Part shown: positions 51,288-64,000 of the stretch, piece by piece
Layout: each line of letters begins with the position of its first letter
Numbering within the stretch: position 1 is the first letter of the stretch
DNA from: Octopus sinensis
Taxonomy: Eukaryota
DNA length: 64,000 nucleotides
Direction of reading: 5' to 3'
Assembly: GCF_006345805.1 (NCBI RefSeq)
Contig: NC_043000.1
Span: 21,638,001-21,702,000, forward strand
Translations under genes and position numbers: made by a program
Notes under the pieces: generated by a model
What the model was told of the DNA's origin: nothing
What the model saw: only the letters and a program-made list of their open reading frames with translations
Database searches by the model: none

Positions 51288-53248
51288 TGCCCGGCGTTGC
51301 TCGGGGTGAATTGTTGAAAGTACTGTTAATGATTGCACTGAATTATGATGATTATTCAGGCAAATATTGATATAAGCTTACGGTGGGAGATAAGGACTTA
51401 ACGATCAAACGTGTGCCATTGCATTGTTTTGGGGGAACCAAATTTCTGATGAGCATTATAGGGGCACCAACTTTAAGTTTGAGAAAGTGTGGTGGTAGTC
51501 CGGGGTGCTCCAAGGAATTGAGTACCTCTATTGGATAGTTGATGATGTCCTCTGGGTCAGGAGTTGTATCGATAGACTGATATACACAGACTTCCCCAGG
51601 AATGAGTTTTAGCATTTCATCATTAATATGGTGAACAGTTTTATTCCTCGGGGCCAGTATAGCCTTTTTGCCAATCCAATCCATATTCTGATAATTCGCT
51701 TGTAGATCTGGGAACACTGCATCTCTGAGATCAGAAGGCGTCTTAACAATGGTACAAATGGAATCGATGGTAATATTACCATTTTCATCCCCTGGTATTT
51801 TGCCTTCGCCAAGTTTGCACTTGGCGAAGGCAAAATACCAGTGTGTGAGGAAATGCTGCTGATGTGATATTACGTCGCATATGAGCACGCATATTGGTGT
51901 GAAGTTTGAGAGTTACTTCCCTTTATTTAAAAAAATTTGCATTAAAATGGAAAAATTATGGTAAATTATTTGTAAAATCATAGACTCATCGTAGACGCGC
52001 GCTAATACCCAGAAGGGCTCGATATGAATCCCGACTATAAGATACCCGGTTTTGGTTAAACTGCATCGCAAAATGTGGGAGTAGTTAGGAATCTAAATCG
52101 GAGTAGACAGACACACAACCTTTCTTTATATATAAATATTTTCGTCCTAAAAAACTTTGTATGGATTGAATGGTTACCTCTATGGAAATATATACACACA
52201 CATTATACATACATGTGTGTATAGATGAATATATAAATACATTTAAATATCTATATACACTTTTGGGCGATCTTTCTGTTCTTAGAGATAACTTTAGATC
52301 TTATTTTCGTCCTAAAAAACTTTGTATGGAGTGAATGGTTACCTCTATGGAAATATATACACACACATTATACATACATGTGTGTATAGATGAATATATA
52401 AATACATTTATATATCTATATACACTTTTGGGCGATCTTTCTGTTCTTAGAGATAACTTTAGATCTTATTTTCGTCCTAAAAAACTTTGTATGGAGTGAA
52501 TGGTTACGTGTATGGAAATATATACACACACATTATACATACATCTGTGTATAGATGAATATATAAATACATTTAAATATCTATATACACTTTTGGGCGA
52601 TCTTTCTGCTACTTGTATATACTTTAGATCTTATATTCGTCCTAAAAAACTTTGTATGGAGTGAAAGTTTACCTCTATGGAAATATATACACACACATTA
52701 TACATACATCTGTGTATAGATGAATATATAAATACATTTAAATATCTATATACACTTTTGGGCGATCTTTCTGCTACTTGGATATAGGTCTTATATTCGT
52801 CCTAAAAAACTTTCCTGTCACACACTCACGCACACGCACACACACACGCACCCTCACACACACACACGCACACACACACACACACACTCACACACACACG
52901 TTAGCTTACAATTTTATTTATATATTTGCGTGTCTATGTGTGTAAAGAGGAAGTGGCAGAGTGAAAGAGTCACTCACTACAAAAAGTGAATTACTTTCAC
53001 TTTATTCGTTGCACACTGTGTGTGTGCGTGTGCGTGTGGTGTAGGCCACACTAAGAGAAGCATTTGACTTAGACACCACAATGTGAGTTTTCTCTAGATT
53101 TTGCTTAATTGGGGTTGAAATTTTAAAAACTGGACCTGGCACGACCCAATGCATTCTACTCTTAAAAATGCTAGGTAAATTGTAATTGAAGAAATCCTAT
53201 ATTGTAGATTTCTATAAGATACAAAGGGAGGCAGATAAAATCTGCCTT
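51288..53248 (-). mobile_element. Non-autonomous Helitron with PIF1-helicase fragment, copy 1
   Basis: 3' end CCCGAGCAACGCCGGG hairpin plus CTAG|T. ORF 51352-51888 reads AILAPRN...PGLPPHFLKLKVGAPIMLIRNL..CNGTRL (RepHel helicase). Confidence 0.9.
52139..52810. repeat. 165-bp tandem repeat, 4 copies (3 copies at 61942-62450)
   Basis: TTCGTCCTAAAAAACTTT recurs near 52143, 52308, 52473, 52638 and 52798. Confidence 0.92.
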
Positions 53249-53280
53249 TGTATATACATATATTTACATGTATGTATGTG

Positions 53281-53418
<138 letters not shown>

Positions 53419-54088
53419 TATATACATATATATAGAAGGTGGGCCGCTCATATACACAGCAAAGTTAACATGGTCAGCAGAATGTGTTCCTGGATTCTCA
53501 GAACTTCCAGTCGAGAGATATCCTGATATCCTCACCATTATCCTTCTCTTCTCCACTTTTGCCTGACCCCTCTTTCAATACAGTTGTCCACTTTGGTCTC
53601 CCCTCATAGAACAAATTCCCATGAAACATGAAGCACCTCAAACGTCAATTACAAAAAGACAGTCCTTGACCATTGGAGTCGACTAGAAAAGCTCAAGCTT
53701 TATTCTCTTCGATGTCGTCATGAGCGCTGTATCATCTGCATGAGGTGGAAAATATTCCAGCAGCAGTTCCCGAATGATGCTGGCATCTCCTTTAAGATAC
53801 ACCCAAGACTTCTGCCCCATGCGATCCACCAACCACATAAATCCCACTTGCATCTCATAATAACAATTTGGCACGATTATTTCACATCAAGTGGCCCCAC
53901 TCTCTTTAACATGATATCAAAACACATTAAAGCAGAAACAGACCCCCATAAAGTTCAAGAAGTCTCAGGAAAAACTCCTTCAAAAAATCCCGAATAAACT
54001 TCGTTCACCAAGATATATCTCTGTAAACTATAACTCTCTACTTGGGTGGGACATGGTGTCCGACTTCTGATTTGACTAAAATCGCCAA

Positions 54089-54129
<41 letters not shown>

Positions 54130-54219
54130 TATACACATATACATACATATATACATATACATACATATATACGTATACACATAGACGTATATATGTATAT
54201 ATATATTATACATATACAT

Positions 54220-54292
<73 letters not shown>

Positions 54293-54297
54293 TATAT

Positions 54298-54332
<35 letters not shown>

Positions 54333-54336
54333 TTAT

Positions 54337-56682
54337 ATCATCATCATCATCATCATCATCGTTTAACGTCCGCTTTCCCTGCTAGCATCGGTTGGACTGT
54401 TCAACTGGGGTCTGGCAAGCCCGAAGGCTGCACCAGGCCAATCAGATCTGGCAGTGTTTCTACAGCTGGATGCCCTTCTTAACGCCAACCACTCCGAGAG
54501 TGTAGTGGGTGATTTTATGTGCCACCGACACAGGTGCCAGACGAGGCTGGCAGACGGCCACGCTCGGATGGTGTTTTTTATGTGCCACCGACACAGGTGC
54601 CAGACGAGGCTGGCTGACGGCCACGCTCGGATGGTGTTTTTTATGTGCCACCGACACAGGTGCCAGACGAGGCTGGCGGACGGCAACGCTCGGATGGTGT
54701 TTGTTACGTGCCCTCAGCACGGAGGCCAGTCATTGCGGTACTGGCTACGGTCACGTTCGGATGGTTTTCTTATGTGCCACCGCCACTGGTACCACAAGGA
54801 TACAAATCCCATTGATGTTCATCTATTTTGATTTGGTTCGATTTGATTTGATTTGATTCGATTCTCACTTGCCTCAACAGGTCTTCACAAGTGTCACAAG
54901 AAGGAAGGTATGCACAGGTGGACTGACTACGTCCCAGGTAAGGGCCACGGGTTATGGCTTCACTAGTCTTGCCGGGTCTTCTCACGCACAGCATACTTCC
55001 ATAGGTCTCGGTCTCTAGTCATTTCCATGGTGAGACCTAACGTCCGACGGTCGTGCTTCACCACCTCGTCCCAGGTTTTCCTAGGTCTACCTCTTCCACG
55101 GGTTCCCTCAACTGCTAGGGATTGGCACTTTCTCACATACCTATCTTCATCCATTCTCACCACATGACCATACCAGCGCAATCGTCTCTCTTGCACACCA
55201 CAACTGATGCTTCTTAGGTACAACATTTCTCTCAAGGTACTAACGCTCTGTCGAGTAAGTACACTGACATTACACATCCATCGGAGCATACTGGCTTCGT
55301 TCCTCACGAGCTTACGCATGTCCTCAGCAGTCACGGCCCATGTTTCACTGCCATGTAGCATAGCTGTTCGAACACATGCATCATACAGTCTGCCTTTTAC
55401 TCTGAGCGAGAGGCCTTTAGTCACCAGCAGAGGTAAGAGCTCCCTAAACTTTGCCCAGGCTATTCTTATTCTAGCAGTTACACTTTCAGTGCACCCACCC
55501 CCACTACTGACTTGGTCACCTAGATAGCGGAAGCTATCAACTACTTCTAGTTTTTCCCCCCGGAAAGTGACGGAAGTTGTTTTCTGCAGATTTTCGGAGG
55601 TCAATGCTCCAGAGCATCTGCCACATACAAAAACTATCTTCCCAGTTAGCCTACCTTTGACATTGCTGCACCTCTTATGTGTCCATAGCTTACACTGGGT
55701 ACATCTTATAGAGTTTCTACCTACACCTTTTCTACAGATCGAGCAGGGCCATCTTCCTGAGGATATTTGTGGATTGTCTACCTTTCTACTTATTAGTACT
55801 TTAGTTTTAGCTAGGTTGACTCTAAGGCCCCTCGATTCTAAACCCTCCTTCCACACCTGGAACTTCTCCTCCAGTTCTGATAGTGACTCAGCAATTAGAG
55901 CGAGGTCGTCAGCATAGAGGAGCTCCCAGGGGCAACCTGTCTTGAATTCCTCCACAATTGCCTGGAGGACTATGATAAATAGGAGGGGGCTGGGTACTGA
56001 ACCCTGGTGGACCCCAACCTCTACTTTGAATTCTTCTGTGTACATGTTGCCAACTCTAACCTTACTTATGGCATCTCTGTACATGGCTTGCACAGCCCTC
56101 ACCAGCCATTCATCTATCCCTAGTTTCCTCATTGACCACCAGATGAGGGATCGGGGGACCCTATCAAAGGCTTTCTCCATGTCAACGAAAGCCAGGTACA
56201 GGGGCTTATCTTTGGCTAGGTATTTCTCCTGCAGCTGCCTTACCAGGAATATAGCATCAGTGGTGCTTTTCCCTGGGACAAACCCAAACTGCATCTCATC
56301 TAAACTAACTCTCTCTCTAATTAGTTGGGCTATGACCCTCTCCGTAACATTCATTACCTGATCCAACAGCTTGATACCTCTGTAATTATTTGTATCTAGG
56401 GCATCACCTTTACCTTTGTAGCAGTTGACTAGTATGCTGCTACACCAGTCATTGGGTATGACTCCTTCGTGTATCACCTGGTTGACTATACGGGTGACTA
56501 GGTTTTAGCCAACACTGCCAGATATTTTGAGCATCACTGCAGTAATTCCTGATGGGCCTGGGGCTTTCCCTGTCTTCATGCTTCTAATTGCCTTAGCTAC
56601 CACGGAACTATCAACTCGGATAGCTGGTCCCTCTGTTGGGTCAACATTCGGCAGACTCTCTTTATCCCATTCATTTTCTTTA
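54337..56682 (-). mobile_element. 5'-truncated RTE-clade LINE, copy 2, frame open to the stop at 54963
   Basis: Frame runs from KENEWD...GKAPGPSGI through the RT motifs to REKTRQD*. 3'UTR with 63-bp repeats. Confidence 0.95.
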
Positions 56683-56729
<47 letters not shown>

Positions 56730-58184
56730 ATATATATTTATATATACAAACTATACTACTCAAAACACCATACCTTCCCACTGCTTCCCCCAAAGAATGT
56801 GTCTATATGTGTTTAAAATGATGAAGTATGTATGTATACATCCATAATAAGTGCATGTATGTGTATATGTGTGCCTCTGTGTATGTGTGTGTGTGAAAGG
56901 CACCTCAATTTATGGGGGGGGGGTTCTTGCGCATGGGATCATAGTGCCCTCACATTGGGACTTGATAGCTTGTCCTGGCTTGTTTCTGGATCATGTAAAT
57001 AGGGTGCAAAGGATCAGTGAGGGATCAGCCCAACCTTATTGGATTTAAAATTCTAGGTCGTACAATCGCTAGGTAAGAGTCATTTACGATGCTTGGTCAA
57101 TTAGGAGGGCCCTGCGGCATGCATGAAGGCCACAGCTGCAAATCTGAATAAAGCTGACCATGAACACAATACTACTTAGAACTGTCCTTGCAGACATTTC
57201 ACATGGTAGATGGTCAGTGATGACCTTTTTTACTCATGAGTGGATAGCCATCGTCATCATCACCATATATACATAAATACATATATACATACACGAAGAA
57301 TTCATGTTTACATATATACATAACTACAAACAATCATACACACACATATAAATCCAAACATAGGTATACACACACACACACACACACACACATATCTGTG
57401 CAAACATAAACAACAACATAGTTAAATACAAATACAACTGTACACATACACCCACATACATTCATACACACGTATTTATATCCATATATGTACATATACA
57501 TAGCTATCTGCGTACCTGCTATTTCTTACACAATGAAACACTATTTCTTTTTTTAACAATTCTAAAGAAATTCTAAAATATCTCAATTTATTGTCATTAA
57601 ATTTCTTATCCCTATTCAAATCTTAGGTCAACCTTTTGTGTCAATTTAGAAACACGCATGAATGAATGTATGTGGGTGTATGTATTTAGAAAAAATAGGT
57701 AAGACCGAAATATGTATATGCTCACACCTCTCCTTCAATTCATCTATCTGTCTATACATACATGCATATACTCATATATACATATATATATAAATTGAAT
57801 GTATAGACATATAAGTATATAATTAGGGGATATGTTAACCTTTTGAAGGGATGGTTGAATTCAAGAAAACACTGGTTGAATACCTAGTATTTTGGGGCAA
57901 TGAAATACCCTTAAAACAATAGGTATATATTAAGAATATAGTTTATATCCATTTCAAAAAAGAAAAGAAAATGGAGATAAGGAAGTTGATAATTGTTTAT
58001 TGCTTAGAAAGTGGTCATCTTCGCTGCTTACAATTGTTTCAATAAATTAATTACAAATTTGTACATTGATATTACATTTATGTGACATGAGTATAATTTC
58101 ATCAAAGAAAAAAAGCTGCTCCTTTTGATGTTATATATGGACTCATCTTCTTTTTTCCTTTTAAACGGATATAAACTCTGTGTG

Positions 58185-58272
<88 letters not shown>

Positions 58273-59228
58273 GTATATATATATGTGTGTATATGTATAT
58301 GTATATATCTGTACACGTCTCTCATTGGACACTAAACTTCATTTTTGAGGACCTGTTAAGGCAAGTGAAATCAAATTCGTTGAGATGACCGATGATAGCA
58401 CCGCCTGACTGGCAACCACACCAGTGGAATACTAAAAGCACCATCCGAGCATGAATGTTGTCAGTGCCGCTGTACTAGCTCCTGTTCTGGTGGCATGTAA
58501 AAAAACACCATTTGAGTGTGGCTATTGGCAGTACCACATGGCTGGCTCTCGTGCCAGTGGCACGTAAAAGCACCCATTACACTCTTGGAGTGGTAGGTGT
58601 TAGAAGGGCATCCAGCGGTAGAAACCCTACCTGATCAGATAGGAGCCTGGTGCAGCCTTCTGGGCAGGATCTTCCAGATATATATTACTGCGTACCTCTC
58701 CTGTCTTCTCTCCGGGGAGTAGAGTCTTAAGTGTTTCAACCTTTCCCAGTAGCTGAGCTGTTACAAAGAAACGATTTTCTTTGTGAATCTTCTCTGGATT
58801 GCTTCAAGGTCTGCTGTTAATTTCACGCAGGTGGCTGACCATAGCTGTGAGCAATAATCCAGGTAGCTGAGGACGAATGTCCGCCAGTGGACCATCATGG
58901 TTTCCTTATCTCTTGTTCGGAATGTTCTTAGGATCCATCCAGCCAGTCGTCTGCACTTTGTCGCCATCATGGTAATTTGCACTTGGAAAGAGGTATCATA
59001 ACTCATGTCTATACCCAGGTCCCTCACTGACTAAGGCTCTGGGACTGAAATTCCCTGTGGACCAGTGTCCCCTGTAAGTTAGGTTTTGTTGCTGGTGGTG
59101 TGGGGCTTGGAATTTTTCAGCATTAAACTGCATATTATTATCCTCAGCTAATCTGTAAATGGATTCCAACTCCTTCTGCATATTCATATACCTATAGACT
59201 TATATATATATATACATACATGCATAAA

Positions 59229-59277
<49 letters not shown>

Positions 59278-60375
59278 TAGATAGATAGATAGATAGATAG
59301 GTAGATAGATATAGATATAACTTAACTTAGAATAACTTAGAAAGGTTTTGGCCAGTATTGGCCCAGGCCATGTCTAACTTAATAGCACCACCTGGTGAAG
59401 TCTTTCAGTTCAGGATTTGGGCACCAAGGCCCATTCGAGCAGAGAGTTATTGTTTGCGGAGACATATCTGGGTGTGGGTGGTTTGTCCGGTACTGTTTGA
59501 AGGAATTTGTCCAAAGACTTCTTGAATTTTGTGTGGTCAGTTTCTTTTTTGACGTGCCCTGGTGTAATGTTGAAGAGAGCAGGTCCAATTGAGGTGAAAT
59601 AGTTGTGCCGTATTGTCGTTATGTGATGCGATTTAGATTTTTGTTGTGGACGGATGGCACGTGGTCCAAGCCTTGGATGCATTTTGAAGGTGATGCCAAC
59701 ATCATTCGGACAGTGCTGGTGGAATATTTTCCACATCATACAGATAATGTAGCGTTCACGGCGTCGTTGGAGTGAATACAATTTCAGCTTCTCTAGTCTA
59801 CCCCAGTAGTCAAGGTCTGACATGCCATCTATCTTTTTTGTGATTGACCTTTGGGGAGCTTCAATTCTCATAATTTTTGTTTTGTGTAGGGAGACCACAG
59901 TGGACAGCAGTATTCAAGGTGGGGTCGGGCAAAAGTGGAGAAGAGAAGGATAATAGCGTGGGAATCTCTCGACTGGAAGGTTCTGAGAATCCAGGAACAC
60001 ATTCTGCGGGCCATGTCAACTTTGCTGCTTATATGTGTAGCCCAGCTTATGTTGTTGTCCACTGTTACTACTCCCAGGTCTCTGATGTTGTTGGATGCCA
60101 TGAGAATTTCTCCGGAAGGAAGAGAGTATGGGAGTTTCAGAGCGTCCTCCCTTCCAAAGTGGATCAGTTCAAATTTGTCTTCATTTAGCAACATGTTATT
60201 CTTTTCCGCCCATTGGACAACAGCCAGTAGGTCTGACTGAAGGTTTATTTGGTCATCCACGCCATTGATGACCTTCTGGAGCTTCTGACCTTCTGGAGCT
60301 ATGTATATATATATACATATACATACATAATATATATATATATATAGATAGATAGATATATATACATATACATAC

Positions 60376-60422
<47 letters not shown>

Positions 60423-60608
60423 GATAGATAGATAGATATAGATATATATATACATATACATACATAATATATATATACACACACAATATATATATGTATA
60501 TATAGAATGTATACACAATATATATATGAAAAATTATATATACACACACACACACATATATATATATACACACAATATATGTATATATTGTGTGTGTATA
60601 TATATATA

Positions 60609-60669
<61 letters not shown>

Positions 60670-61077
60670 TACATATACATGTATATTTATGTGTGTGTAT
60701 ATATATGTATGTTTTATGATCTAAAATGCTCCAGCTAGGGTGTGGTTTAACAAATCTTATGAAATTGAACCATATTCATTGTTGAATAGAAATCTAATCT
60801 GTTTCTCCTCTAAATATTTAACTTCCTAAGTAAAGCGGCAACGTGACTTAACTATGAAAATGAGAGGGAGAGACTAAGAGTGAGAGGGCGGGGAGGGAGA
60901 GAGAGGCAGACAGACAGGCAGAGGGTGGGTGCAATAAAGCATAGAGAGATATAACAAAGCAACAACTAAAAAAAATCGGACAATGATTTTAACAAATTAA
61001 AGAAAAGGCAGACACTGACATACATTTGGATGAGTGTATATAATACTTATATACATATATATATATATATATATATA

Positions 61078-64000
61078 CTAGCAGAATTGCCCGGCGTTGC
61101 TCGGGGCTGAATTGTTGAAAGTACTGTTAATGATTGCACTGAATTATGATGATTATTCAGGCAAATATTGATATAAGCTTACGGTGGGAGATAAGGACTT
61201 AACGATCAAACGTGTGCCATTGCATTGTTTTGGGGGAACCAAATTTCTGATGAGCATTATAGGGGCACCAACTTTAAGTTTGAGAAAGTGTGGTGGTAGT
61301 CCGGGGTGCTCAAAGGAATTGAGTACCTCTATTGGATAGTTTATGATGTCCTCTGGGTCAGGAGTTGTATCGATAGACTGATATACACAGACTTCCCCAG
61401 GAATGAGTTTTAGCATTTCATCATTAATATGGTGAACAGTTTTATTCCTCGGGGCCAGTATAGCCTTTTTGCCAATCCAATCCATATTCTGATAATTAGC
61501 TTGTAGATCTGGGAACACTGCATCTCTGAGATCAGAAGGCGTCTTAACAATGGTACAAATGGAATCGATGGTAATATTACCATTTTCATCCCCTGGTATT
61601 TTGCCTTCGCCAAGTTTGCACTTGGCGAAGGCAAAATACCAGTGTGTGAGGAAATGCTGCTGATGTGATATTACGTCGCATATGAGCACGCATATTGGTG
61701 TGAAGTTTGAGAGTTACTTCCCTTTATTTAAAAAAATTTGCATTAAAATGGAAAAAATTATGGTAAATTATTTGTAAAATCATAGACTCATCGTAGACGC
61801 GCGCTAATACCCAGAAGGGCTCGATATGAATCCCGACTATAAGATACCCGGTTTTGGTTAAACTGCATCGCAAAATGTGGGAGTAGTTAGGAATCTAAAT
61901 CGGAGTAGACAGACACACAACCTTTCTTTTATATATAAATATTTTCGTCCTAAAAAACTTTGTATGGATTGAATGGTTACCTCTATGGAAATATATACAT
62001 GCACATTATACATACATGTGTGTATAGATGAATATATAAATACATTTAAATATCTATATACACTTTTGGGCGATCTTTCTGTTTCTTAGAGATAACTTTA
62101 GATCTTATTTTCGTCCTAAAAAACTTTGTATGGAGTGAATGGTTACCTCTATGGAAATATATACATACACGTTATACATACATGTGTGCATAGATGAATA
62201 TATAAATACATTTATATATCTATATACACTTTTGGGCGATCTTCGTGCTACTTAGAGATAACTTTAGATCTTATTTTCGTCCTAAAAAACTTTGTGCGGA
62301 GTGAATGGTTACGTGTATGGAAATATATACACACACATTATACATACATCTGTATATAGATGAATATATAAATACATTTAAATATCTATATACACTTTTG
62401 GGTGATCTTTCTGCTACTTGGATATAGGTCTTATATTCGTCCTAAAAAACTTTCCTGTCACACACTCACGCACACGCACACACACACACACACACGCACC
62501 CTCACACACACACACGCACACACACACACTCACACACACACACGTTAGCTTACAATTTTATTTATATATTTGCGTGTCTATGTGTGTAAAGAGGAAGTGG
62601 CAGAGTGAAAGAGTCACTCACTACAAAAAGTGAATTACTTTCACTTTATTCGTTGCACACTGTGTGTGTGCGTGTGCGTGTGGTGTAGGCCACACTAAGA
62701 GAAGCATTTGACTTAGACACCACAATGTGAGTTTTCTCTAAATTTTGCTTAATTGGGGTTGAAATTTTAAAAACTGGACCTGGCACGACCCAATGCATTC
62801 TACTCTTAAAAATGCTAGGTAAATTGTAATTGAAGAAATCCTATATTGTAGATTTCTATAAGATACAAAGGGAGGCAGATAAAATCTGCCTTTTATAATA
62901 AGAGATAAAAAACTTTCCTGTCACACACTCACGCACACGCACACACACACACACACACGCACCCTCACACACACACACACGCACACACATACACACTCAC
63001 ACACACGCACACACACACGTTAGCTTACAATTTTATTTATATATTTGCATGTCTATGTGTGTAAAGAGGAAGTGGCAGAGTGAAAGAGTCACTCACTACA
63101 AAAAGTGAATTACTTTCACTTTATTCGTTGCACACTGTGTGTGTGCGTGTGCGTGTGGTGTAGGCCACACTAAGAGAAGCATTTGACTTAGACACCACAA
63201 TGTGAGTTTTCTCTAAATTTTGCTTAATTGGGGTTGAAATTTTAAAAACTGGACCTGGCACGACCCGATGCATTCTACTCTTAAAAATGCTAGGTAAATT
63301 GTAATTGAAGAAATCCTATATTGTAGATTTCTATAAGATACAAAGGGAGGCAGATAAAATCTGCCTTTTATAATAAGAGATAAAAAACTTTCCTGTCACA
63401 CACTCACGCACACGCACACACACACACACCACGCACCCTCACACACACACACACGCACACACATACACACTCACACACACGCACACACACACGTTAGCTT
63501 ACAATTTTATTATATATTTGCATGTCTATGTGTGTAAAGAGGAAGTTGCAGAGTGAAAGAGTCACTCACTACAAAAAGTGAATTACTTTCACTTTATTCG
63601 TTGCACACTGTGTGTGTGGCGTGTGCGTGTGGTGTAGGCCACACTAAGAGAAGCATTTGACTTAGACACCACAATGTGAGTTTTCTCTAGATTTTGCTTA
63701 ATTGGGGTTGAAATTTTAAAAACTGGACCTGGCACGACCCAATGCATTCTACTCTTAAAAATGCTAGGTAAATTGTAATTGAAGAAATCCTATATTGTAG
63801 ATTTCTATAAGATACAAAGGGAGGCAGATAAAATCTGCCTTTTATAATAAGAGATAAAAAACTTTCCTGTCACACACTCACGCACACGCACACACACACA
63901 CACACACGCACCCTCACACACACACACACGCACACACATACACACTCACACACACGCACACACACACGTTAGCTTACAATTTTATTTATATATTTGCATG
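61078..64000 (-). mobile_element. Helitron copy 2, with tandemly amplified 5' module
   Basis: Same 3' hairpin plus CTAG and helicase fragment (61153-61689). Confidence 0.85.
62445..64000. repeat. ~470-bp tandem array (at least 3.3 copies, runs off the window)
   Basis: TTTCCTGTCACAC starts at 62451, 62914, 63389 and 63863. Each unit ends in AGGCAGATAAAATCTGCCTTTTATAATAAGAGAT. Confidence 0.93.

Noticed and set aside
55207-56361. + strand ORFs overlapping the RTE (also 45380-46495)
   Set aside because: Antisense shadows of the RT frame with no recognisable motifs.

Overview
AT-rich, microsatellite-dense animal genomic DNA. The SINE/LINE repertoire looks like an octopus or other cephalopod (inference). 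Left half (1559-33716, + strand): 12 coding exons of an F-box/WD40 SCF substrate-receptor gene. The exons splice in phase into 435 aa: a D-domain-like helix, an F-box and 7 WD40 repeats, ending in -SCC. The start of the gene lies upstream of the window. The introns and the right half are packed with tRNA-derived SINEs, CR1-type and RTE LINEs, mariner, hAT and piggyBac-type relics, and a Helitron. A ~9.8-kb tandem duplication covers ~43.5-62.9 kb, and a ~470-bp tandem array runs off the right end. The main unexplained signal is a set of type-I hammerhead ribozyme motifs in non-coding elements inserted into (TA)n tracts. The best example is a 1.9-kb head-to-head palindromic array of ~533-bp units (13151-15053) in intron 5 with four hammerheads, resembling Penelope pseudo-LTRs or retrozymes. 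At least five other, sequence-divergent hammerhead-bearing inserts occur. Also notable: a C4HC3 PHD finger inside the RTE ORF2, and a covarying 3' stem-loop shared between a CR1-type LINE and a CORE-type SINE. All calls come from reading the sequence by eye; no searches were run.
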